In this document: in pieces, positions 9,572 to 18,190 of the stretch
Layout: each line of letters begins with the position of its first letter
How positions within the stretch are numbered: the stretch's first letter is position 1
NCBI GenBank assembly: GCA_030429545.1
Contig: JAUIFF010000001.1
Location: 467,599-531,598, forward strand
Direction: 5' to 3'
Source: Polyangia bacterium
GTDB lineage: Bacteria; Myxococcota_A; Polyangia; Nannocystales; Nannocystaceae
DNA: 64,000 bases
The notes under the pieces: generated by a model
Databases searched by the model: none
Told to the model about the DNA's origin: nothing
What the model saw: the letters and a program-made list of their open reading frames with translations, nothing else
Translations under genes and position numbers: made by a program

Positions 9572-10069
9572 GTGGCCCCGACGGGGGACGACATGCCCAA
9601 CGCCAGCCAAACCACCACCACTGAAGCCCACAAACCACTGCCCGACCCCAAGCCGATTGTCCGGCGCGCCCGCGCCAAGACGATCGCAATGAAGCGATTG
9701 ACCAAAGAGGAATTGCGGATCGGCGCCCTGCTGTACCCCGAGCGCAGCTACTGGCGCCCGCAGACCCGGTCCGAGTGCGCCAATGTCTCGCGCCCGTGCC
9801 CGTATGTCAGCTGCAAGTACCACCTCTATATTGATGTCAACCCAACCACGGGGTCGATCAAGATCAACTTCCCCGACCTTGAGGTCTGGGAACTCAAGCA
9901 AAGCTGCGCCCTCGATGTGGCCAACAGCGGGGGGATTACCCTCGAAGAGGTCGGCGAGATCCTAAACCTGACCCGCGAACGTATCCGCCAGGTCGAGGTC
10001 CGCGGGCTGCTCAAGCTCAAAGAAGAGGGCGGCGAGGATATGCTTTCGTATCTGTCCCGCAATGGTTGA
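9572..10069 (+). CDS. small sigma-70 region-4-like HTH protein with an N-terminal Cys cluster
   Basis: The C-terminus [29 protein letters not shown] resembles the sigma-70 region 4 HTH. The Cys/His cluster [18 protein letters not shown] sits upstream. The start is uncertain; an alternative Met is at 9593. Confidence 0.5.
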   Translation: MAPTGDDMPNASQTTTTEAHKPLPDPKPIVRRARAKTIAMKRLTKEELRIGALLYPERSYWRPQTRSECANVSRPCPYVSCKYHLYIDVNPTTGSIKINFPDLEVWELKQSCALDVANSGGITLEEVGEILNLTRERIRQVEVRGLLKLKEEGGEDMLSYLSRNG

Positions 10070-10080
10070 CCATACGGAAC

Positions 10081-10622
10081 GCGCGGGCCTTTTTGGCCCT
10101 GAAAACGGCCCTGCGAGGTTTGCAGTGTTTTGTCGGCAAACGGAGTGCGCGGGCCTTTTTGGCCCTGAAACGGTCCTGCGAGGTTTGCAGTAGCCCACTA
10201 CAGCGGCACCTCGCAGGCCTCGTTTCAGGGCCAAAAATTCACCGCGCTCCTTGGGAGGGACTTGGTCGAGTCGAAGCGTGGGCCTGCAGTCCGGCGAGGT
10301 TTGCAGTAGCGGCACCTTTCAGGGCCAAAAATTCACCTCGCTCCTTGGGAGGGACTTGGTCGAGTCGAAGAGCGAAACGGTCCTGCGAGGTTTGCAGTAG
10401 CGGCACCTCGCAGGCCTCGTTTCAGGGCCAAAAATTCACCGCGCTCCTCGGGAGGAAGTGGTCGAGTCGAAGCGCGGGCCTGAAGTCCTGCGAGGTTTGC
10501 GGTAGCCCACTACAGCGGCACCTCGCAGGCCTCGTTTCAGGGTCAAAAATTCACCGCGCTCCCTCGGGAAGAAGTTGGTCGCGTCGAAGCGCGGACCTGA
10601 AAGTCCTGCGAGGTTTGCAGTA
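10081..10622. repeat. tandem array of ~5.5 palindromic repeat units, period ~90-118 bp
   Basis: The core cctgcgaggtttgcagt recurs at about 10110, 10176, 10292, 10382, 10486 and 10603. Each core is followed by ggcacctcgcagg, its inverted complement, and is flanked by tttcagggccaaaaa or its inverse gggcctttttggccc. Unit 10147-10250 is an almost perfect ~24-bp-stem hairpin. The connectors ttgggagggacttggtcgagtcgaagcg are also conserved. Confidence 0.8.
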
Positions 10623-10971
10623 ATGGCTGCAAGAGACGATTGCGCCCTTTGTTCAGCACGCAAACTCCGAGGTGCGTGGGGCTGCAGCGTTGAGCTTGGG
10701 ACACGTCGCTCGCTTGCATCAAAGCCTGGATCTCGAGACCGTGCTTCCTACTTGCAACAACTTTTGCGTGACCCAACAACCCGTGGTCGGGCCGAAGCTG
10801 CTCTCGAGGACATCGCGGTATTCGTGTACGGGAAACGAAAATAGACTCATAAATTTTCAATATTTCAAAAAGATAAAGGTGTTTCTTAAAGAACAAGACC
10901 AAGTTTGGAACGTGACCAAACCGCCCGCGGATGTGGTTGACCTGCCGAGTTCGCGTTGATACGGGTGGCCC

Positions 10972-12555
10972 GTGACCGCACAAGGGGGAGGCCCTATCCG
11001 TCGCGCACTCGTGAGCGTGAGCGACAAATCCCAACTCGATGTCCTCGCCGACATCCTGATCGAGAGCAAGGTCGAGGTGCTGTCGACGGGTGGCACGGCC
11101 AGGGCCTTGCGCAAGCTCGGGGTCGAAGTTGTGCCGGTCAGCGATTACACCGGCTCGCCCGAAATCCTCGATGGCCGGGTCAAAACGCTCCATCCCAAAA
11201 TCCACGGCGGGATCCTGGCGTTGCCGACCGAGGACCATCAGGCCCAGTTGCAGCTTCATGGGATCGCGCCGATCGATTTGGTCGTGGTCAACCTCTATCC
11301 ATTTCAACGGGTCACCGCCAATCCCGACTGCCCGTTCGACGAGGCGATCGAGAACATCGACATCGGCGGGCCGACGATGGTGCGGGCCTCGGCCAAGTCG
11401 TGGCAGCGGGTCGGGGTTGTGGTCGATCCAAACGACTACGCCGCCCTCGGCGAGGCCCTGCGCGCCAACAACTTTACGTTGCCCAAAGCGACCCGGCTGG
11501 CGTTTGCCCGCAAGGCATTTGCCCACACCGCGGCCTACGATGCTGCGATCGCCACCTATCTCCAGGGCGAGTTGCCCTCGGCTGAGAGCCTCCACGTCGC
11601 CGCACCCGCGCGCCAGGAGCTTCGCTACGGGGAAAACCCGCACCAAAAAGCCCACTTTTATCGGCTCGAGGTGCCCGCACCCCAACCGGGCGGGCTGGCC
11701 ACAGCCGTGCAACTCCAGGGCAAGCCGCTTAGCTACAACAATTTCCTCGATGCCGACGGTGCGCTCAATGTCATCCGCGATCTCGCTGGCCTGGGAACGG
11801 CCGCCGCGGTGCTCAAACACGTGTCACCATGCGGTGCCGCCTATGCGCCCGTCGAGGCCAAGGCCAAGATCGCCGATGTGTTTGTGCGGGCCCGCCAAGC
11901 CGATGCCGAGAGTGCGTTTGGTGGCATTGTGGCGGTGACCGAGCCGGTCGACGAAGCCCTGGCCAAGCACCTGGTCGAGACCTTTTTAGAAGTTGTGTTG
12001 GCGACCTCGTACACACCCGAGGCCCGGGCGATCCTCAAAAAGAAGAAAAACCTGCGGCTGTTCGAGATTCCGGACATGTTTGCCGAGCACACCGCAGCTC
12101 CGTTGCGGATCCGTTCGGTCGCCGGCGGGCTGTTGGCCCAACGCGAAGATGTCATTGGCGTGCGCGTGGGCGAGGGCAAGGTCGTCACCAAGCGGGCGCC
12201 GACTGCCGCAGAACTCAAGGACCTCGAACTCGCGCTCGTCGTCGGCAAACACGTGCGGTCCAATGCGATCGTGCTGTGTCGCGACGGGGTGACGGTTGGG
12301 ATCGGCGGCGGACAGACGTCGCGGGTCGAGGCTTCGCGCCAGGCAAGTCGGCGGGCAGGGGACCGCGCCCGCGGGGCTGTGCTCGGGTCGGATGCATTTT
12401 TCCCCTTCCGCGACGGTGTCGATGCGGCGGCGCAGGCTGGGGTAACCGCGATCGTGCAACCCGGGGGCTCACGCCGCGATGGCGAAGTTATCGCCGCCGC
12501 CGATGAGCACGGCCTGGCGATGGTGTTTACCGGCGAACGGCACTTTCGACATTAG
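10972..12555 (+). CDS. purH: bifunctional AICAR transformylase / IMP cyclohydrolase
   Basis: Conserved PurH N-terminus ALVSVSDKSQL...LSTGGTA...GRVKTLHPKIHGGILA. Start is a GTG read as Met (as in the track). Confidence 0.9.
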   Translation: MTAQGGGPIRRALVSVSDKSQLDVLADILIESKVEVLSTGGTARALRKLGVEVVPVSDYTGSPEILDGRVKTLHPKIHGGILALPTEDHQAQLQLHGIAPIDLVVVNLYPFQRVTANPDCPFDEAIENIDIGGPTMVRASAKSWQRVGVVVDPNDYAALGEALRANNFTLPKATRLAFARKAFAHTAAYDAAIATYLQGELPSAESLHVAAPARQELRYGENPHQKAHFYRLEVPAPQPGGLATAVQLQGKPLSYNNFLDADGALNVIRDLAGLGTAAAVLKHVSPCGAAYAPVEAKAKIADVFVRARQADAESAFGGIVAVTEPVDEALAKHLVETFLEVVLATSYTPEARAILKKKKNLRLFEIPDMFAEHTAAPLRIRSVAGGLLAQREDVIGVRVGEGKVVTKRAPTAAELKDLELALVVGKHVRSNAIVLCRDGVTVGIGGGQTSRVEASRQASRRAGDRARGAVLGSDAFFPFRDGVDAAAQAGVTAIVQPGGSRRDGEVIAAADEHGLAMVFTGERHFRH

Positions 12556-12565
12556 GGACCAGCGC

Positions 12566-13852
12566 ATGAGCAAGGCAAAACGGATCCTGATCGTCGGTGG
12601 TGGTGGTCGCGAGCATGCGCTCGCGTGGCGGTGCGCCCACGAAGGCCACGAAGTCCATGTCGCCCCCGGAAATGCGGGGATTGCCCTCGATGCGACCTGC
12701 CATGCCGTTTCGGCCGGTGACATCGATGGCCTGCTGCAGCTGAGCATGCAGCTCGGTGTCGATTTGGTGGTGATAGGTCCTGAGCAGCCGCTGGTCGATG
12801 GCCTGGCCGATCGCCTGCACCACTTGGGCGTGCCGACGGTTGGTCCGTCGTCGGCGGCGGCCGAGTTGGAGGGTAGCAAAGCCGCGGCCAAGGCTTTTAT
12901 GGCCCGGCACAACATCCCGACCGCGGCCTATCGCACGGTTGCCCACCTCGAAGATGGGTTGGCCGCCGTCCGTTCGTTTGAACAGCCGCCGGTGGTCAAG
13001 GCCAGCGGTTTGGCCGGTGGCAAGGGCGTGACCGTTCCCGACACGATGGAGGAGGCCGAGGCCGCCGTGCGCGAGTGTCTCGACGGAGGCCGGTTTGGCA
13101 CCGCGGGCTCCACGGTTGTCCTCGAGCAACGGCTGTACGGCCAAGAGGTGTCGCTGTTTGTTCTGAGCGACGGCACCAACTACATGACGATGGCCGCGGC
13201 CCAGGATCACAAGCGCCTACTCGATGGTGACAAGGGGCCCAACACCGGCGGGATGGGTGCTTACTGTCCGGCACCGATCTTCACGAGCGAGCTGCGCGAG
13301 CGGGTGAGCCGTGAAATCGTTGCGCCTACGCTTGCGGGGTTGCGCGGGGAAGGGCGCCCGTTTGTCGGGGTGTTGTTCATCGGCCTCATGCTGACTGCGC
13401 AGGGACCCTCGGTGATCGAGTACAACTGCCGATTTGGCGACCCCGAAACCCAACCTTTATTGTTTGGTTTGCGCGAACCGTTGGTGCCACACCTCGCCGC
13501 CTTGGCCAGCGGTCAGCTGTCGCCAGGGCACCTCGCATGCGACCCCGCTGTAACCGTGGTGCTCGCCAGCGAGGGCTATCCGCGAAGCCCGGTGAAGGGG
13601 GTGGCGATCCGCGGGCTCGATCGCGTCGCCGATATGCCGGGTGTCAAAGTGTTCCACGCCGGAACCGCGCGCGACGACGAGGATGGCAAATGGATCACCG
13701 CCGGCGGTCGTGTGCTCGGTGTGTGTGCCAAGGGCAATGACCTGCAGACCGCGATCAAACGCGCCTACGCGGCCTGCGAGCACCTCGAGTTTGAGGGGAT
13801 GCACCACCGCTCAGACATTGGCGTGCGCGCACTCACCCCTCCTTTGACGTGA
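12566..13852 (+). CDS. purD: phosphoribosylamine--glycine ligase
   Basis: The PurD N-terminus is MSKAKRILIVGGGGREHALAW, followed by an ATP-grasp body. The ATG is at 12566; track ORF 12479 extends upstream in-frame over the purH end. Confidence 0.9.
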   Translation: MSKAKRILIVGGGGREHALAWRCAHEGHEVHVAPGNAGIALDATCHAVSAGDIDGLLQLSMQLGVDLVVIGPEQPLVDGLADRLHHLGVPTVGPSSAAAELEGSKAAAKAFMARHNIPTAAYRTVAHLEDGLAAVRSFEQPPVVKASGLAGGKGVTVPDTMEEAEAAVRECLDGGRFGTAGSTVVLEQRLYGQEVSLFVLSDGTNYMTMAAAQDHKRLLDGDKGPNTGGMGAYCPAPIFTSELRERVSREIVAPTLAGLRGEGRPFVGVLFIGLMLTAQGPSVIEYNCRFGDPETQPLLFGLREPLVPHLAALASGQLSPGHLACDPAVTVVLASEGYPRSPVKGVAIRGLDRVADMPGVKVFHAGTARDDEDGKWITAGGRVLGVCAKGNDLQTAIKRAYAACEHLEFEGMHHRSDIGVRALTPPLT

Positions 13853-13884
13853 CGCCGGGACCGGGCCCGCGGTATAGGCCAGCA

Positions 13885-15174
13885 ATGGCGAAGATCCGTC
13901 CGTTCTGCGCATTTCGCTACGACCTCCCACGCGCCGGGAAGGCCAGCGACTTACTCGCGCCGCCCTACGATGTTGTCGACGCGACCTATCGAGCGGAGCT
14001 CGGTGCCCGCTCGGCCGATAACTGCATCCACGTGATCCTCCCCGAGGGTGAGGGCGATGCTCGCTACACGCGTGGTGCCCAGGAGTTCAAGCGGCTGATC
14101 GACTCTGCACTCGTCCGCGACGACGAGCCCGGGCTGTACGTGTACCACCAACGGTTCGAGGTTGGCGGCCAGACCTACGTGCGCAAGGGGTTCATCTGTC
14201 TGGTCGAGCTCACCCACTTCGGCAACGGGCCAGTGCTGCCGCACGAGCGCACCCTCGCCGGGCCCAAGGCCGACCGGCTCAAGTTGATGCAGGCCTGCCG
14301 CGCTCACTTGGAGTTGGTGTTTGGCCTGTTCTCCGACCCCGAGCGCAAGTGGGAGCAAGCTGTCGGTGGGCAGCTGCAAAACCCAGTGCTCGAAGCCGAC
14401 TACGACGGCTCGCACCACACCCTTTACCGCGTGAGCGACAGGGCGGCCGTCGATGCGGTCGTTGGCCTGCTCGCCGATCGCAACATCTATATGGCGGATG
14501 GTCACCACCGCTACGAAACGATGTGTACATACAGCGATGAGCTGGTCGCCGCCGGTGCGAGTGACGACGCCCGCTACGGCATGATCTACCTGTCGAACTT
14601 GGATGACCCCGGGCTGTTGGTGCTGCCGACCCACCGCCTGATCCACGACGTCAAGGGCCTCGATTTGGCCCGCACGCTTCAGGACCTCGCGGCCTACTTC
14701 GACATTGTGCGTGAGCCTTTGCCGGCGACCTCCACCGACCTACTTGCGCGGATGCAACAGGCCGGGAGCGAGCGGGCAGCCTTTGGCCTCACGGTTCCGG
14801 GGTCGGGCGAGCTTTCAATTCTGACGCTCAAAGCCGACTTCGACCCGGCGAGCGCAGGGCTCGGCGATTTGCCGCCGGCGCTTCAGCGGCTTGACGTGGC
14901 GCTTTTGCACGAGCTTGTGCTCGACCGCGGGTTTGGCATTACCCGCGAGGCCCAGGCGGCCAAGACCAACATCGACTACTACAAATCGACCGACAAAACC
15001 CTTGCAGTTGCAAATGGTAGCGACGTTGGCAACACCCAGCTGGTGTGTGTGATGAACGCGACGCCGGTGGCCGATGTCATGGCCGTGTGTGACAGCGGCG
15101 AGGTCATGCCGCAAAAGAGCACGTTCTTCTATCCGAAGATTCCCACCGGCCTGACCTTTCGCGCCATCGACTGA
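13885..15174 (+). CDS. DUF1015-family conserved hypothetical protein
   Basis: The family-typical motifs are LLAPPYDVV and LPHERT. The length is ~430 aa. The start is taken at MAKIRPF. Confidence 0.6.
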   Translation: MAKIRPFCAFRYDLPRAGKASDLLAPPYDVVDATYRAELGARSADNCIHVILPEGEGDARYTRGAQEFKRLIDSALVRDDEPGLYVYHQRFEVGGQTYVRKGFICLVELTHFGNGPVLPHERTLAGPKADRLKLMQACRAHLELVFGLFSDPERKWEQAVGGQLQNPVLEADYDGSHHTLYRVSDRAAVDAVVGLLADRNIYMADGHHRYETMCTYSDELVAAGASDDARYGMIYLSNLDDPGLLVLPTHRLIHDVKGLDLARTLQDLAAYFDIVREPLPATSTDLLARMQQAGSERAAFGLTVPGSGELSILTLKADFDPASAGLGDLPPALQRLDVALLHELVLDRGFGITREAQAAKTNIDYYKSTDKTLAVANGSDVGNTQLVCVMNATPVADVMAVCDSGEVMPQKSTFFYPKIPTGLTFRAID

Positions 15175-15233
15175 CCGAGCCACTGCAACCACCGCGTGAC
15201 TGCGGGTGACGACTTTTTTGCGAGGTACCAAGC

Positions 15234-16517
15234 ATGGCCGCATCGAACTTTCCAGGGCGTGGGTTTGCCCCGTTACCGACGGGCTCGCGCGACCTGTTGC
15301 CCGACGCCTGCCGTCGTCGCGAACAGCTGCTGCACACCCTGGTGACGACCTTCGATCGCTGGGGCTATGAGCCTGTGCAAACCCCCGCGGTCGAGTACTT
15401 CGACGTGCTCGGGCGAGGGCTTGCCCCTTCGGAGCGCGAGCGCTGTGTCCGGTTTATCGAATCGGGGTCGGGCGAGGTGGTGTCCCTTCGGCCAGATGTG
15501 ACCCCGCAGATCGCCCGCATGGTCGCCCAACGCGGGGGTCATCGCGTCGACGAAGGTAAGGTGTTGCGCCTGCGCTATGCCGCCGATGTAATTCGCATTC
15601 CGCGGGCGCGTCACGACCATCCCGAGGTCCACCAACTCGGTGTTGAGTTGGTCGGTGATGCCCATCCAACCGCCGATGCCGAGTTGTTGGTGATGTGCCA
15701 CGAGGCGTTGGCGGCAATCGGCCTCGACGGTGCCCAATTCGATGTCACCCACGCCGGGGTCGGACGGGCCCTGTTCGCCCAGGCCGGGCTCGAACCGACC
15801 GACGAAGATGGGCTGCGGGCTGCGATCGAGCGCAAGGACGCGGTCGCCGTCGAGCACATGTTGACCACCCTTGGCGTCGAGAAAAACCTTGCAGATACAT
15901 TCAAGTCGATCTGCGAGTTGTACGGCCCGCCCGAGGTGGTGGTGCGCGCCCGCGAAATCCTCCCGGCGTCGACGCACCGGGCCCTGCACGACCTCGGGCA
16001 AACCCTGCAAGCGGTTGCCTCGCAGGCCCCAGCCTGCCACGCCCGGCTCAGTGTCGACCTCGGCGAGTTGCGGGGCTTCGACTACTACACCGGGATGCGG
16101 TTGCGCGTGTGGGCGCCCAAGGTTCCCGGTCCGGTTGTCCGCGGTGGTCGCTACGACACACTCTTGCGGCACTACGGCCACGACTGTCCGGCATCGGGGT
16201 TTGCCATCGACCTCGACCAGCTCGACGCCGCCTGCGACCAACAGGTTGAGCAACTACGGCCCCACGGCGTGATGGTAACCGTCCCCCGCGAAGCCGAAGC
16301 TTTGCGCACGCCGGCACAGTCGCAAGCTCGAGCCCTGCGGGATGTTGGTGTGCGGGCCTGGGTGCAGGTTGTGACCGACCTCGACCACGCCCAAAGACTT
16401 GCAGATACAATGAAGATTGGCGAGGTCTGCCACCTGTCGCCAGGTCAACCCGCAACCTGTTCCCACTACGTGCGTGGTGCCTTGGGATGGGTTCGCAGCA
16501 AATCGGAGAGGTTATGA
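15234..16517 (+). CDS. hisZ: ATP phosphoribosyltransferase regulatory subunit (HisRS paralogue)
   Basis: Class-II aaRS/HisZ-like motifs are SLRPDVTPQIAR, LRLRYAADVIR and GRYD. It overlaps the purA start by 4 bp; hisZ-purA adjacency is common. Confidence 0.75.
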   Translation: MAASNFPGRGFAPLPTGSRDLLPDACRRREQLLHTLVTTFDRWGYEPVQTPAVEYFDVLGRGLAPSERERCVRFIESGSGEVVSLRPDVTPQIARMVAQRGGHRVDEGKVLRLRYAADVIRIPRARHDHPEVHQLGVELVGDAHPTADAELLVMCHEALAAIGLDGAQFDVTHAGVGRALFAQAGLEPTDEDGLRAAIERKDAVAVEHMLTTLGVEKNLADTFKSICELYGPPEVVVRAREILPASTHRALHDLGQTLQAVASQAPACHARLSVDLGELRGFDYYTGMRLRVWAPKVPGPVVRGGRYDTLLRHYGHDCPASGFAIDLDQLDAACDQQVEQLRPHGVMVTVPREAEALRTPAQSQARALRDVGVRAWVQVVTDLDHAQRLADTMKIGEVCHLSPGQPATCSHYVRGALGWVRSKSERL

Positions 16518-17800
16518 GTACACTCGTCGTCGTCGGTGCCCAGTGGGGTGATGAAGGCAAGGGCAAGGTTGTCGATGCGCTGGCCAAGTCGGCCCAGGTG
16601 GTCGCTCGCTACGCGGGGGGCAACAACGCCGGACACACGCTGGTGGTCGGCGACCGCAAAATCGTCACCCACCTCGTTCCCTCCGGATGTGCCTACCGGG
16701 GTACCCTGTGCGTCTTGGGAGCGGGCATGGTGATCGACCTCGACGTCTTTCACGACGAGGTCGCCGATCTACAAAAGGGCGGGATGCTGCAAAACGGCGA
16801 GCTGCGAGTCTCGCTCGACGCCCACCTGATTTTCCCGTTTCACCGCCTGCTCGACGGTGCCCGCGAGGACAAGGCCAAGGGGGGTGCCCGCGAAATCGGG
16901 ACGACGCGTCGGGGCATCGGCCCGGCCTACGAAGCCAAGGCCGCGCGCCGGGGAATTCGCGTGCGCGACATCTTCAACCCCGAGCGGCTGCGGGCCCGCC
17001 TCGAGCACAACCTCGCCAGCCTTGGGCCCGAGCTTGCGCGTTTAGGTGTACAAGCAATTGATATCGAGGCCGAAATGTCGCGTGCGGCGTCGTGGGCAAC
17101 CTGGCTGCAACCACTTTGTTGCGACACCGGCGAGTTGGTCTACAGCGCCACCCGCGGCGGCCAGTCTGTGCTCATCGAAGGTGCCCAGGGGGCGTTACTC
17201 GACCTCGATCACGGCACCTATCCCTATGTCACCTCGTCCAACACGATCGCCGGTGGGGCCTGCACGGGGCTCGGCATCGGGCCGACGGCCATCGACGCGG
17301 TTTGGGGGATCACCAAGGCGTACACAACGAGGGTTGGGGCGGGGCCGTTTCCCACCCGGCTGACCTGTGAGACAGGTGACCTGATCCGCAAGCACGGGGC
17401 CGAGTTTGGGGCGACCACCGGCCGCCCACGTGACTGCGGGTGGCTCGACTTGCCGGCGCTTCGCCACGCCGCCCGCCGCAACGGCCTCACCGGACTATGT
17501 GTGACCAAGCTCGATGTTCTCGCCCATTTGCCCAGGGTTGAGGTGTGCACCGGTTATGTCGACGACTGTATGCCCGGCGTCCACGATTTTTCCGAATGTC
17601 GACCGGTGTATCGCGCACTCGAAGGGTGGGGCGATCCCTCTTTGCCCAAACAAATTGGTGCGGCCCGCAAGCTCACCGAGTTGCCGGCTCCGGCGCGGGC
17701 GTACCTGGACATGATCTCGGAGTTCACGGGTGTCGAGATCACGCTCGTTTCGGTCGGGCCAAAAAGAAGCCAAACCATTCCGATCCGCGACGCGTTCTGA
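16514..17800 (+). CDS. purA: adenylosuccinate synthetase
   Basis: The N-terminal P-loop is MSTLVVVGAQWGDEGKGKVVD. GGNNAGHT and the GTP-binding motifs follow. Confidence 0.9.
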   Translation: MSTLVVVGAQWGDEGKGKVVDALAKSAQVVARYAGGNNAGHTLVVGDRKIVTHLVPSGCAYRGTLCVLGAGMVIDLDVFHDEVADLQKGGMLQNGELRVSLDAHLIFPFHRLLDGAREDKAKGGAREIGTTRRGIGPAYEAKAARRGIRVRDIFNPERLRARLEHNLASLGPELARLGVQAIDIEAEMSRAASWATWLQPLCCDTGELVYSATRGGQSVLIEGAQGALLDLDHGTYPYVTSSNTIAGGACTGLGIGPTAIDAVWGITKAYTTRVGAGPFPTRLTCETGDLIRKHGAEFGATTGRPRDCGWLDLPALRHAARRNGLTGLCVTKLDVLAHLPRVEVCTGYVDDCMPGVHDFSECRPVYRALEGWGDPSLPKQIGAARKLTELPAPARAYLDMISEFTGVEITLVSVGPKRSQTIPIRDAF

Positions 17801-18090
17801 GCACACGACCCCCCTCGCACCGCCCATGTTCAGTCCTCCAATTTTCGGCGTACCTGCCGTTGGGTTCCTTTACTCGACCAACTCGCCCAACGGGATCGCC
17901 TCCGGACATGGGGCCGGGCGTCGGGAGTCTCCCGAGCAACGAGCGTATTTACCGCGTCGTCTGGCCGGCCAAAACAGCACACAGGTTTGGCTCAGGGCGC
18001 GGGAATGCGTGACTTTGAGAGAAGTTACCGCTCGGGTATGCCCCCGCGAATGTGTTGGCCATGAGGCCATTGCCCCACGGCCGGTGGCTG

Positions 18091-18119
18091 TTGTACCCAC
18101 TTCGTGGATTCCCTATACT
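18091..18119 (+). promoter_or_regulatory. sigma-70-like promoter candidate (TTGTAC-N17-TATACT)
   Basis: The -35 ttgtac is at 18091-18096 and the -10 tatact at 18114-18119, with a 17-bp spacer. It lies ~70 nt upstream of the 18191 start codon. Confidence 0.25.
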
Positions 18120-18190
18120 GGCGGCCCCGCGGACCTTGTAATTTGCAGGGAACCGCTCCGCTGCGGAGAAACCTCCCAGGAAGCAGGCTC

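Noticed and set aside
10081-10622. Possible CRISPR array
   Set aside because: The sequences between the hairpin repeats are themselves conserved from unit to unit (ttgggagggacttggtcgagtcgaagcg), so there are no unique spacers. Spacing is irregular (65-118 bp). Part of the array is inverted. No cas genes are nearby.
10066-10623. 185-aa ORF spanning the repeat array (and antisense ORF 10436..10663)
   Set aside because: The frame stays open only by chance across repeat units whose lengths differ by non-multiples of 3. The peptide is an R/S/G/A-rich nonsense product of GC-rich DNA. There is no start context.
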